A DNA stretch of 64,000 bases from an uncultured delta proteobacterium (GTDB lineage Bacteria; Myxococcota_A; Polyangia; Polyangiales; Houyiibacteriaceae). A program made the position numbers and the translations under genes. The stretch is from assembly GCA_963704865.1 (NCBI GenBank), contig CAVPIE010000008.1:29357-93356 (forward strand). Reading direction: 5' to 3'. Numbering within the stretch: the first letter of the stretch is position 1; every line of letters begins with the position of its first letter. The notes under the pieces are model-generated. The model ran no database searches. It had not been told where the DNA came from and saw only the letters and a program-made list of their open reading frames with translations. Of the stretch, positions 1 to 8,318 are shown in pieces.

Positions 1-1272
1 GACGCCTAGGGCGTCCTTGGTGACTTCGAGGACGCTTCCGTTCTCGATGAGCAGGGTCTGCGCAATTCCTTCTTCGGCGGCCAGCTCGAGATGACGGCTC
101 CGGTGGTGGTGCGAGCCGTGCACCGGAACGAACGCCTTCGGACGCAGGAGTTGGATCATCGACCGCTGCTCTTCGCGGCTTCCGTGACCGCTTGCGTGAA
201 TTTCCGGATGCCGGTCGCGCGTGACGACCTCGATGCCGCGCCGCTCGAATCGGTTCACGAGGTCGAAGACGCTGAGCTCGTTTCCGGGAATGGCGCGCGA
301 CGAGAAGATCACCGTGTCGCCGGCTTCGAGGTGTACGTGTGCGTGCTCGTCGCGGCCCAATCGGGTGAGGGCCGAGCCGGGTTCGCCCTGGGTGCCGCCT
401 GCGAGAATTAGAACCTGGTCGCGCGGCAAATCGTCGACCGCGTCGGGCGCGACCAAAAGATCGTCAGCGGATGGAATCAAGCCCAGCGCTCGAGCGGTTT
501 GGGTGTGCTTGAGGACCGACATTCCGAGCAGGCAAACCTTTCGGCCGCGTTCCCGCGCGATCCGCAACACGGCTCTCAAGCGAAAGGCGTTCGAGGAGAA
601 GGTCGCGACGACGACGCGATGGGGAGAGCGGCTGATCCGTTCCTCGAGCGCTGCTTCGGCATCGCGCTCGATTCGGGCTCGGCCTTCGACATCGGCTCCG
701 GTCGAATCGCTCAAGAGGAGGCGCACCCCGTCGCTCGCCACTTGTGCGAGCCGGTCGCGATCGAAGCGCTGGCCCTCACAGGGATCCAATTCGATCTTGA
801 AGTCGCCAGTATGGACGATCGTGCCGACCGACGTATCCAGGATGAGCCCCGTCGCGTCGGCGATCGAATGGTGCACGGCGAAGCGCTCGACCGAGATCGA
901 GCCGATCTGCTCTCGGCTCCCCGCCGGGCTCACGCGGAGGTCGACGTTCGTCAGGCGGTGCTCTCGCAGCCGGTCCTCGATCAGAGCGGCGGCGTATGGC
1001 GGCGCGAAGACCGGCACCGAGAGCTCCTTCAGGAAGTAGGGAAGGGCGCCAATGTGGTCTTCATGCCCGTGGGTGATGACGATCGCCTGGAGGCCTGGGC
1101 GCTGCCGCAGAAGCCAGCTGAAGTCCGCGTGGACCAGCTCGGCACCATGTTCATCGGTGAAACCAATGCCGCAGTCGATGGCGATCGTGGTGTCGCCGCA
1201 GACCAGTGCGGCGCAGTTCATTCCGATCTCGTTGAGCCCGCCAAGCGGTATGAAGTGCAAACTATCCGTCAT
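1..1272 (-). CDS. rnj: Ribonuclease J (metallo-beta-lactamase / beta-CASP RNase); the C-terminal part runs off the left window edge
   Basis: Absent from the ORF track because there is no stop in the window. Own reverse-strand translation from ATG at 1272-1270 gives MTDSLHFIPLGGLNEIGMNCAALVCGDTTIAIDCG...QAIVITHGHEDHIGALPYFLKEL... It has the HxHxDH metallo-beta-lactamase motif in an RNase J-type context. The frame stays open to base 1 (424 codons). Confidence 0.8.
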   Translation of the reverse strand, partial: MTDSLHFIPLGGLNEIGMNCAALVCGDTTIAIDCGIGFTDEHGAELVHADFSWLLRQRPGLQAIVITHGHEDHIGALPYFLKELSVPVFAPPYAAALIEDRLREHRLTNVDLRVSPAGSREQIGSISVERFAVHHSIADATGLILDTSVGTIVHTGDFKIELDPCEGQRFDRDRLAQVASDGVRLLLSDSTGADVEGRARIERDAEAALEERISRSPHRVVVATFSSNAFRLRAVLRIARERGRKVCLLGMSVLKHTQTARALGLIPSADDLLVAPDAVDDLPRDQVLILAGGTQGEPGSALTRLGRDEHAHVHLEAGDTVIFSSRAIPGNELSVFDLVNRFERRGIEVVTRDRHPEIHASGHGSREEQRSMIQLLRPKAFVPVHGSHHHRSRHLELAAEEGIAQTLLIENGSVLEVTKDALGV

Positions 1273-1380
1273 GGCGGTGCCGGCAGCGGGCTTACGGCCA
1301 GGCTGGCTTTGGTCAAGGCAGCGATTGCCCCGTTGACCCGCGTGATCCTGGCGTGCTACGCCCCGGACCGCACGGGTTCA

Positions 1381-3450
1381 ATGCGCCGTTTCTTAGCGAT
1401 TATTTGGGTACTTTCACTGGGGGCATCGTCGGCTGCGGCGCAGCGCTCATCCTCTGCAGTGACCGGCCCTGGGGCGGAAGGCGAGGCCGCGACAGCCGAG
1501 GAAGAAGCGATTTCCGAGATGGAGTCGGCCTCTCCGGAGCCCAGCCGCGAGGAAGACCTGCCTCCGCAGTTGCGGGCGCCGACGGTCGAAGGCCTCGAGC
1601 TCCCCACGGCACCCACGAGCAATCCGGACTTGGACGAGGAATTCGACGAGGGCGCGTTCGACGAGGACGAGATGGCGGCCGACGACGCGAAGCTCCTCGG
1701 CATGGCCGAGCCGCCCGCCTCCGATCCAACCCTCGCCAGCTGGACCAACCCGCGGCCGGTGTTCTCGCTCGCCGGTTACTTCCGGGTACGCGGCAACTAC
1801 ATCGACAACTTTTCGCTTCGCCGGATTCCGCTCGGCCCCCCGCTCGATCCAGGCGGTAGGCTAACCGGAGATCCGTTCGGGCGGTGGATTCCAGTGGACA
1901 ACTCGCCCAGCACCGGCGGCAATGGCGTCCTCCCGGCAGGTGGCTGTAAAGGCGATCCCTCGTCCCCTGCGAATAGTCAGACCCAGCGCTGTGACGGCAG
2001 TGCGACACTTCGATACGCGAACATGCGTCTTCGCTTGCAGCCGACGCTATCGCTGAGCGACAACATTCGGGTCCACATGATGCTGGACGTCTTCGACAAT
2101 TTGGTGCTGGGCTCCACGCCGGATGTGAAGTCGGTCAATAACTTGGGGCAAATCCCGGGCCGCGTGCCGGGCGTTCCATTCGACAGCTTGACCCAAACCC
2201 TCCCGCCCCCGGAGTCGTTTCGTAACACTGTGGGTGACAACATCTATGTTCGCCGAGCGTGGGGCGAGGTCACCAACAGTACGATCGGCCAGCTTCGCTT
2301 CGGCCGGATGGGGCATCAGTGGGGCCTCGGGATGCTTTGGAATGCGGGCGTAGGGACCAACCAGCTCGACACCGTCCTGGACTCCGACTTCCAGTCCGAA
2401 ATCGATCGCATTCAGCTCATCGGCAAGTTCAAGGGCATCTTTTTTGGCGTGTCTTGGGACTTCGCGAGCAAGGGCTACATCTTCGATCCCGTTTCCGAGA
2501 TCCAGGGGATTGCAATCGATGCGAGCCGCTTGGACGACACGCGGCAGTGGAGCTTCTTGGTTGCACGACGCATGGATTCGCTGGCTCAAGAGAAGCGTCT
2601 CGCGCGCGGCAAGTGGGTGATCAACGGCGGCGCCTACTTCATCTATCGTTCTCAGTTTCTTTCGACGGCAGGTGCGCCGCTGCTCGGAACGATCAGCACG
2701 GTTGAAAACGCGTTCGTTCGCCGGGATGCCAAGGTCTACATTCCCGATGGTTGGCTGCAGGTCTTGTGGAAGGATCTGCGCCTCGAGCTCGAGTTCGCGG
2801 GCATCTTCGGACAGGTCCAAAACATCACGCCGATTGAGTTTTCGCCGACGGACGAGGGCAACAAGTTCAAGCTTCGCCAGTGGGGATTCGCGTTCGAAGG
2901 CGAGTACCGTTTCCTCGGGAAGAAGCTTGGGGTCTTCCTCAAGGGCGGCGCCGCCTCGGGCGACCCGGATGTGGTCGGCCTTTCGCAGTACGAGGATCTT
3001 GCGACGCAGCCGGTCGGACAAAAGACGGTGTCGAACTTCGCGTTTCATCCGGACTACCGCATCGACCTGATTCTCTGGCGGCGCATCATGGGGCGCATCG
3101 ACGGGGCGTACTACCTGGCGCCCGCGATCAGCTACGACATCATCCGAACCGACTTCGGAAGGGTGCTCGGTGCACGGCTCGATTTCATTTACAGCCGCGC
3201 GATGTACCAGCAGCAGACCTACTCCTCTGAGCCGAACCTGGGCGCGGAGCTCGACGTTGCGATCTACTACCGGACCGAAGACGGGCCGAAGTTCACCGAC
3301 GGCTTCTTTGCATCGGCTCAGTTCGGCATCCTGTTCCCGCTCAACGGGCTTCGTTACCTCGAGGTCGATGGCATCCGTGAGCCCGGCACCGAAGGCCTCG
3401 GGATCAGCCGCGCGCTGACGCTGCGGCTGATTCTCGGCATCGAGTTCTGA
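1381..3450 (+). CDS. Outer-membrane beta-barrel protein, TIGR04551-like (Myxococcales-type), with an acidic N-terminal region
   Basis: In-frame ATG at 1381 inside track ORF 499..3450. Signal peptide MRRFLAIIWVLSLGASSAAAQ, then an Asp/Glu-rich linker. The remainder has alternating beta-strand-like sequence and ends in ...LILGIEF (C-terminal Phe, an OMP signature). The upstream 294 codons of the track ORF are the antisense shadow of rnj. Confidence 0.55.
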   Translation: MRRFLAIIWVLSLGASSAAAQRSSSAVTGPGAEGEAATAEEEAISEMESASPEPSREEDLPPQLRAPTVEGLELPTAPTSNPDLDEEFDEGAFDEDEMAADDAKLLGMAEPPASDPTLASWTNPRPVFSLAGYFRVRGNYIDNFSLRRIPLGPPLDPGGRLTGDPFGRWIPVDNSPSTGGNGVLPAGGCKGDPSSPANSQTQRCDGSATLRYANMRLRLQPTLSLSDNIRVHMMLDVFDNLVLGSTPDVKSVNNLGQIPGRVPGVPFDSLTQTLPPPESFRNTVGDNIYVRRAWGEVTNSTIGQLRFGRMGHQWGLGMLWNAGVGTNQLDTVLDSDFQSEIDRIQLIGKFKGIFFGVSWDFASKGYIFDPVSEIQGIAIDASRLDDTRQWSFLVARRMDSLAQEKRLARGKWVINGGAYFIYRSQFLSTAGAPLLGTISTVENAFVRRDAKVYIPDGWLQVLWKDLRLELEFAGIFGQVQNITPIEFSPTDEGNKFKLRQWGFAFEGEYRFLGKKLGVFLKGGAASGDPDVVGLSQYEDLATQPVGQKTVSNFAFHPDYRIDLILWRRIMGRIDGAYYLAPAISYDIIRTDFGRVLGARLDFIYSRAMYQQQTYSSEPNLGAELDVAIYYRTEDGPKFTDGFFASAQFGILFPLNGLRYLEVDGIREPGTEGLGISRALTLRLILGIEF

Positions 3451-3462
3451 GCCGAGCGCGGA

Positions 3463-4092
3463 CTACTCTTGGAGCAGGGCTTCCGCTTTGGCGGCGAGCC
3501 GCCGGCGCCTGCAGCCTTCGGCCAGCACGATGCCCCGGAGCTCGGCAAGGGCGCGCTGGAGCTCGTCGTTGACGATCATGTACTCAAAGAACGGATAGTG
3601 CCCGATTTCCTCTCTGGCCCTGTCGAAACGGAGCTGACGCGATTGCGCATCATCGGAGCCGCGGCCGTCCAGCCGGCGGCGAAGCTCGGCCATCGAGGGT
3701 GGCAAGATGAAAACGCCGATGGCGTCCGGGTACTTCTCCTTGATCTGGCGGGCGCCCTGATAGTCGACGTCGAACAGGACACCGATTTTTCGCGCAGCCC
3801 TCGCGATGTCGATCTCGCTCACGCTCGTGCCGTAAAGATTGCCGTGGACTTTGGCCCATTCGGCGAAGCCGTTCTCGGCAATGATCTTGCGAAAGGCTTC
3901 CTCGGTGACGAAGTGGTAGTCTTGGCCGTCCACCTCGTTTGCACGAGGCTCGCGCGTGGTGTGCGAGACGCTAAACCGGAGCTCGGGGAACTCTTGGAGC
4001 AGCCGTCGGGTCAGGGTGGTCTTTCCTGCGCCCGATGGGGAGCTGATGATCAGCAAGATGAGATCTGGATCCATCGACGAAGCGACACTCAT
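3463..4092 (-). CDS. gmk: Guanylate kinase
   Basis: P-loop SSPSGAGKTTL and SHTTREPRANEVDGQDYHFV motifs. ATG at 4092 is preceded by GGAGGGGGAG. The track ORF extends to 4113. Confidence 0.9.
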   Translation of the reverse strand: MSVASSMDPDLILLIISSPSGAGKTTLTRRLLQEFPELRFSVSHTTREPRANEVDGQDYHFVTEEAFRKIIAENGFAEWAKVHGNLYGTSVSEIDIARAARKIGVLFDVDYQGARQIKEKYPDAIGVFILPPSMAELRRRLDGRGSDDAQSRQLRFDRAREEIGHYPFFEYMIVNDELQRALAELRGIVLAEGCRRRRLAAKAEALLQE

Positions 4093-4137
4093 GGAACTCC
4101 CCCTCCGATGCACTGCGTATCGCGTCAGCGCGGCCGG

Positions 4138-5013
4138 TCAAAGCACATTCTGCGCTTGTTCCCTCATTTGCTCGATGCAGGCCTTCAACGCAATCACGTG
4201 GGATGTCAGCGTCCCGTCCTGCACCTTGGATCCGATCGTGTTGGCTTCGCGCGCCATCTCTTGAAGCAGGAAGTCGATGCGCTTCCCGACCGGTGCGCTC
4301 GAATTCTCGATCAGTTCGAGCATTTGCTCGCGGTGGCTCTCGAGGCGAACCAGCTCCTCGGCGATGTCGGAGCGGTCCGCCAGTATGGCGATCTCCTGCT
4401 CCAGTCGCGAAGGGTCGAGCTCGGCGTCGACCCCGGCGAGCAGAACCTCGAGGCGATCACGAAGGCGCGTTCTACGGGCCTCGAGGAGCTCGGGAGCCGC
4501 AGCCTTCAAGGCTTCGAGGCTCGTACCAAGCTCGAGGAGCCGCTCTGTGAGCTCCGCGGCGAGGGCTTCGCCTTCGTTGTCGCGCATGGCCATCACCGTG
4601 TTGCAGGCTTCGGCGGCGGCCTGCTCCAGCGCCCGTTCGAGCTCTTTTTGGTCGATCGTCCGGTTGATGACGAACAAGTCCGGCACCGAAGCGAGCAGGG
4701 CGAGCGGCAATGGCTCTTCGGGGTTGAGCGCGTCGCGCAGCGCGGCGAGCTCTGCATAGATGGTGCGCGCGCGATCGACGTCGAGCGTCGGCTGTGGAAG
4801 CGTCTGCCCTTCGAACCGCGCCGTCACATCCACGCGGCCCCTTTCGAGGCGTGCGCGAATCACGCGTTCCACGGTCGGCGTACGGCTTTGGATTCGTGAC
4901 GGGAGGCGCACGCGCACATCGAGAAAGCGATGGTTGACCGTGCGGATGTCGAGCACGACCTGTCCTTCGCCGAGCGCTGCGCGCCCGCTTCCGTATCCAG
5001 TCATGCTGCGCAT
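4138..5013 (-). CDS. yicC: YicC/YloC family stress-induced protein (putative endoribonuclease)
   Basis: N-terminus MRSMTGYGSG...LDIRTVNHRFLDV and C-terminal EMAREANTIGSK (DUF1732-type) motifs. The track ORF starts one TTG codon earlier, at 5016. Confidence 0.85.
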   Translation of the reverse strand: MRSMTGYGSGRAALGEGQVVLDIRTVNHRFLDVRVRLPSRIQSRTPTVERVIRARLERGRVDVTARFEGQTLPQPTLDVDRARTIYAELAALRDALNPEEPLPLALLASVPDLFVINRTIDQKELERALEQAAAEACNTVMAMRDNEGEALAAELTERLLELGTSLEALKAAAPELLEARRTRLRDRLEVLLAGVDAELDPSRLEQEIAILADRSDIAEELVRLESHREQMLELIENSSAPVGKRIDFLLQEMAREANTIGSKVQDGTLTSHVIALKACIEQMREQAQNVL

Positions 5014-5020
5014 CAAGTGC

Positions 5021-5533
5021 CTATTCGAGCCCGCGCTTGTGCTTGAGCTGGTCCATCACTTTGGCGTACTCCACTTCGAACGCGGAGGTGCCCTCTTGGA
5101 GGTTTTTGATTTTCGAGCGCACTTCGGCGTCGAGGCCCGATTCGACCTCCATATGCCGACGCAAAATGGGCGCCATCTTTTTCCGCAGCGTGGCGTCGTC
5201 GGCGTAGATCTCGATGACGTTGCTGCTGTGGAAGAGCATGTTGAGCAGTTGATCGACCAGATAGGGCAGAACTTCATCTTGCTGAGGGAAGCCCATCTCC
5301 TTGGCGAGCCGCTGCCGCATCCGGCCAAGCTTCGAATAACCGAGGCCTTCGCGCTCCATGCGATCTTTGGCCTCGTCGATCATCTGGCGCTCGCGCCGGA
5401 CGTATTCCTTGAGCACGGCTTCGAGGTCGAGTCGGACCTCGGCCACCTCCTCGACTTCGATGTCTTCCCCGGCGGTCAGATCCCGCACGAGGTCGTCGAC
5501 TATCGGGCCAATTTTTCCTGAATAAAGTCGCAT
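5021..5533 (-). CDS. DUF507 family protein
   Basis: MRLYSGKIGPIVDDLVRDL...; about 170 aa, charged and helical, typical DUF507 length and N-terminus. The track ORF extends to 5587, so the start is uncertain. Confidence 0.55.
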   Translation of the reverse strand: MRLYSGKIGPIVDDLVRDLTAGEDIEVEEVAEVRLDLEAVLKEYVRRERQMIDEAKDRMEREGLGYSKLGRMRQRLAKEMGFPQQDEVLPYLVDQLLNMLFHSSNVIEIYADDATLRKKMAPILRRHMEVESGLDAEVRSKIKNLQEGTSAFEVEYAKVMDQLKHKRGLE

Positions 5534-5645
5534 GTTTATGATGCCGGCCCCGGACCTCGCGCGAATGGCTCCTGAATGCGGCGACACTAGCTAAGGCGGC
5601 CCTTTTGGTCAATACGAAGGAAAAAATGCCCTGTGAAGTGATTTT

Positions 5646-6434
5646 GTGACTCTACGTCTTGACGGTAATCCTGTATTCATGCACCATACCGTTAAGGCTG
5701 TAAGTATGGATTCTAACGCTCCCGCACTGCAAAACGGCTCCGGCGCACGACGACTGCGCACGACGGAAGAACGCCGAACGAGAATTCTCTCTCGTTGCAG
5801 GGTTTTCGAGGCACTGCCGCCGACGCTTCGGGAGCAGGTCTTGAACGGGAGCGCGCTGGTCGACGCCGATCGTCGCGAATCCCTTTGCATGCCTAGCGAC
5901 CCTGCGATCTTCGCGATCGGCAGCGGTCGAGTTCGGCGCGTGCGCCGCACACCGGAACGAGAACTGACGCTCGGCTACTATGGCCCAGGCGATCTAGTCG
6001 GCGAAATGTCGCTGGTCGATCCCGAGGCGCGTCTCGAAACGGTGGTTTTGGATTATGTGGAAGCACTACGCATTCCGCCTCGGCTCATCAAAATGGTGAT
6101 GGACGAGGACCTGGAATTCGCTTCCGCTATGCATCGGTTAATGGGGGAACGCCGCCTGCTTGCAGAACGGCGGATCGATGCACTGCTCACGCGAAGCGTA
6201 GAATCGCGTGTTGCAGAGTTTCTACTCGATGCGTCTTCGAGGCACGGTATTCCTGATTCAAGGGGAATCCTGATTGGTGTGAAATTCACCCATCAGGAGA
6301 TTGCGAGCTACGTAGGCTCGACTCGGGAAACCGTCACACTGGTGCTCGGCGCCTTTAAAAGGGCTGGCCTGATCGACACCGATCATCGCCGCGTCGTCAT
6401 CAGAGACATCGCAGGACTGCGCAAGAGGGTCTAG
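5646..6434 (+). CDS. Crp/Fnr family transcriptional regulator (cNMP-binding domain plus C-terminal HTH)
   Basis: GDLVGEMSLVD beta-roll motif and HTH THQEIASYVGSTRETVTLVLGAFKRAGLI. The start is uncertain: GTG 5646, ATG 5679 or ATG 5706. Confidence 0.75.
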   Translation: MTLRLDGNPVFMHHTVKAVSMDSNAPALQNGSGARRLRTTEERRTRILSRCRVFEALPPTLREQVLNGSALVDADRRESLCMPSDPAIFAIGSGRVRRVRRTPERELTLGYYGPGDLVGEMSLVDPEARLETVVLDYVEALRIPPRLIKMVMDEDLEFASAMHRLMGERRLLAERRIDALLTRSVESRVAEFLLDASSRHGIPDSRGILIGVKFTHQEIASYVGSTRETVTLVLGAFKRAGLIDTDHRRVVIRDIAGLRKRV

Positions 6435-6510
6435 CAGCAAAAGGGGAGCGTCCGAACGGCGCGGCCTGGGGGGGCCGCTGCCGGGAGGACGGTTTTATGT
6501 ACGGGGCGTA

Positions 6511-6949
6511 CCGGGGCGCGGAAAAAAGCGCGACACGGGGCTGCGCCGAACGGCTCGGCTTGCATTTGTGGTCGGAAGGACTTGAGGGCCGGGACCACGC
6601 AAGCCTCGCCTCGGAACTCGCGCCAATCTGGGGTGGTTGCTGTCTTGCAGATTGTCACTCGTTACGTCGACTCCGCCCCATATCGCGCTTTTTTCCGCGC
6701 CCCTCCCTACGGAGACAGGGCGAACCGCGTTCCTCCGTACGCAGTCATCCAGACACGCTCCAAAAAACCGCCCCAAGCCATGCGCGGAAGCGCGAGCCCG
6801 AAGGGCGAAGCCCGGCGCGAAGCGCCGGCAAGGCAAAGCGACGCGCATGCCGCGCCAGGGAGGATTACGGGTGGGGGTGGGCGGGCGGTGTAATTAAGCC
6901 AACCCATGCACCCAACCCAACACCCCGCCCCCAAGCACCCGCGGCAGCG
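6511..6949. repeat. Copy A (rearranged) of a multi-copy GC-rich intergenic repeat family
   Basis: Core 6784-6949 is the reverse complement of 18751-18918 and 34217-34384. An example shared string is gggaggattacgggtgggggtgggcgggcggtgtaat vs acaccgcccgcccacccccacccgtaatcctccc. The left module ggggcgcggaaaaaagcgcgacacggggctgcgccgaacggctcg (6513-6558) matches 34173-34216. A 20-nt inverted copy of it lies at 6685-6704. Confidence 0.85.
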
Positions 6950-7024
6950 GCAGCGGCAGCGGCAGTGCCAGTGCCAGTGCCAGTGACGGTGACGGTGTCA
7001 GCGTCAGTGTCAGTGCCAGCGTCA
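6941..7024. repeat. Degenerate hexanucleotide microsatellite, 14 units (GCGGCA x4, GTGCCA x3, GTGACG x2, GTGTCA/GCGTCA variants)
   Basis: Read directly: gcggcagcggcagcggcagcggcagtgccagtgccagtgccagtgacggtgacggtgtcagcgtcagtgtcagtgccagcgtca. It abuts the stop codon of the SRPBCC gene (7022-7024). Confidence 0.9.
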
Positions 7025-7483
7025 GGGGTTTCCGAAGATCCGCTTCAGTTGGTGGTGGCGCCACTTGAAGAGGAGGGGGACGGCTAGGGCGAACGTGGTC
7101 GAGGCGCCGGGGAAGCGGCCGTGCCATTGGAGGCGATCTGTGATGCGCGTGCCAGCGGGGACGGGTTCGAGCAAGCGTTCGTGCTGCCAGATTTGCTGGG
7201 TGGCCATCGGCGAGCGCTCGAGGAACCGCCGTCCGGGTTGAAGCTCGACCAGCGTGAGGTCGGTTCGGTCGATGGGCACGATCCCGAACAGCAGAAGCCT
7301 GCTCCGAAACAGCCGTTCGCCGGCGACGAACGGCTCGGTCACGAGGGACTCCGCGTCGGCGGGGTAGGTCATTCGAATCCAGGGCCAAAGCTCACGAGAG
7401 ACGCCTCTCATCGAGCTGCAGTGAGCCCAAACCGGGTCGGCATCCACGGCGACGATGCTGGAGATTTCGAAGGTATTTCGCAT
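7022..7483 (-). CDS. SRPBCC (START/polyketide-cyclase-like) family protein
   Basis: 153 aa with no signal peptide. The overall pattern (...WPWIRMTYP...FRSRLLLFGIVPIDR...LVELQPGRRFLERSPM...) resembles DUF/SRPBCC ligand-binding proteins. Confidence 0.5.
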   Translation of the reverse strand: MRNTFEISSIVAVDADPVWAHCSSMRGVSRELWPWIRMTYPADAESLVTEPFVAGERLFRSRLLLFGIVPIDRTDLTLVELQPGRRFLERSPMATQQIWQHERLLEPVPAGTRITDRLQWHGRFPGASTTFALAVPLLFKWRHHQLKRIFGNP

Positions 7484-7526
7484 TGGAGTATCTAGGTTGT
7501 GCCATGGCTGTCGGGTCCGCTACCGT

Positions 7527-7566
7527 GGGTGTTTGGACGGGCGGGCGGTGTAACTAAACCAAATCC
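7527..7566. repeat. Fragment (copy D) of the intergenic repeat family
   Basis: gggtgtttggacgggcgggcggtgtaactaaaccaa aligns with copy A gggtgggggtgggcgggcggtgtaattaagccaa. Confidence 0.6.
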
Positions 7567-7615
7567 AGGTTTCAAACCTAGCAACCTCACATCCCCGCCG
7601 CTGTTAGCGCGTCTG

Positions 7616-7638
7616 AAAAAGGGGACTGTCCCCTTTTT
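7616..7638 (-). terminator. Rho-independent terminator-like hairpin directly after the MlaC-like gene
   Basis: aaaaagggga-ctg-tccccttttt: a 5-bp GC stem extendable to 10 bp, with A5/T5 flanks. It overlaps the TAA stop at 7637-7639. Confidence 0.55.
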
Positions 7639-8287
7639 AGATCAGCTCGTCGTCGCCCTTGAGCTTCTTTTCCATGCGTCCGATCAAGCCGCTCCAGCCT
7701 TCTTCCTTGATCACCCGGCGGAACTGTCGCTTGTAGTTCTTCACGAGGCTCACCTCGTCGGTGAAGATGTCGAAGACTTTCCATCCGTCGCCGGCGGGGC
7801 TCATGCTGTAGTCGATGGTGACTGGGGGCTGGCGCTTCTTTTTCACGGACTTCGCCGAGGACTTCACCTTCACGCCTGTTTCGATCGGCTCGGTGCCGAC
7901 CCACTTCACTTTGTACTCCAGCGTCGACTCCATGTTGCGCTGGTACTGGCGCTCGACGAGCTGCCGCAAGAGGCTCACGAAGCGGTCGCGGTCCTTCGGG
8001 GAGCGCTTCGGCCATTCTTTGTCGAGGGAGAGCTTGGCGAGCCGGTCGTAGTCGAGAAACTCGCCGAGGAGCACCGTGAGCTCTTCGCCACGTGCCGGGG
8101 TGTCGGGCTTTCGCAGAACCGCGCGCACCTTGTTGTGCTTGGTTCTGATGAACGCCTCGGCCTTTGCCGCTTGGGCGGCGGAAAGCGCGGCCTCGGACGC
8201 GCCGGTGGGCGTTTCTTCGGCGGCTGCGGGCCCCGAGAGCGCGAAAGAAGCGATGATCAAGCCTGCGATGATGGATAATCGGGTCAT
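7637..8287 (-). CDS. MlaC/Ttg2D-like periplasmic phospholipid-binding protein
   Basis: Signal peptide MTRLSIIAGLIIASFALSGPAAA. The FLDYDRLAKLSLDKEW...RDRFVSLLRQLVERQY...GDGWKVFDIFTDEVSLVKNYKRQF pattern is typical of toluene-tolerance Ttg2D/MlaC. ATG at 8287 has a GGAGAG SD. The track ORF extends to 8359. Confidence 0.6.
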   Translation of the reverse strand: MTRLSIIAGLIIASFALSGPAAAEETPTGASEAALSAAQAAKAEAFIRTKHNKVRAVLRKPDTPARGEELTVLLGEFLDYDRLAKLSLDKEWPKRSPKDRDRFVSLLRQLVERQYQRNMESTLEYKVKWVGTEPIETGVKVKSSAKSVKKKRQPPVTIDYSMSPAGDGWKVFDIFTDEVSLVKNYKRQFRRVIKEEGWSGLIGRMEKKLKGDDELI

Positions 8288-8318
8288 ATCTCTCCGGTAG
8301 ACGAGCCTGGTGACTGGT

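Noticed and set aside
499-1380. The N-terminal 294 codons of the 983-aa track ORF 499..3450, which would make a giant fusion protein.
   Set aside because: This part is the antisense shadow of the rnj gene (minus strand, strong motif support). The OMP has its own ATG and signal peptide at 1381.
3469-4899. Long plus-strand ORF (476 aa) across gmk and yicC. Similar long antisense ORFs occur at 8310..9755, 13270..14835, 15984..17546, 18773..20053, 23015..24409, 28562..29563, 32852..33946, 45596..46933, 52654..55230, 56743..58707 and 60871..62184.
   Set aside because: These are typical stop-poor antisense frames of high-GC coding DNA. Their products are Arg/Gly/Ala/Pro-rich with no recognisable motifs, while the opposite strand encodes well-supported conserved proteins.
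5626-5650. Possible Crp/Fnr operator upstream of the Crp-family gene (TGTGAAGTGATTTTGTGAC).
   Set aside because: The two TGTGA elements are direct repeats, not inverted. It does not match the TGTGA-N6-TCACA or TTGAT-N4-ATCAA palindromes.
6637-6897. Arg/Lys-rich small ORFs that recur in the repeat copies (6637..6897 +, 18807..19001 -, part of 33943..34461 -), sharing ...RARRAKPGAKRRQGKA.RMPRQGGLRVGVGG...
   Set aside because: The similarity is explained by nucleotide-level repeat conservation. The ORF boundaries differ in every copy, there is no SD or consistent start, and differences between copies are not biased to synonymous positions. They are treated as non-coding.
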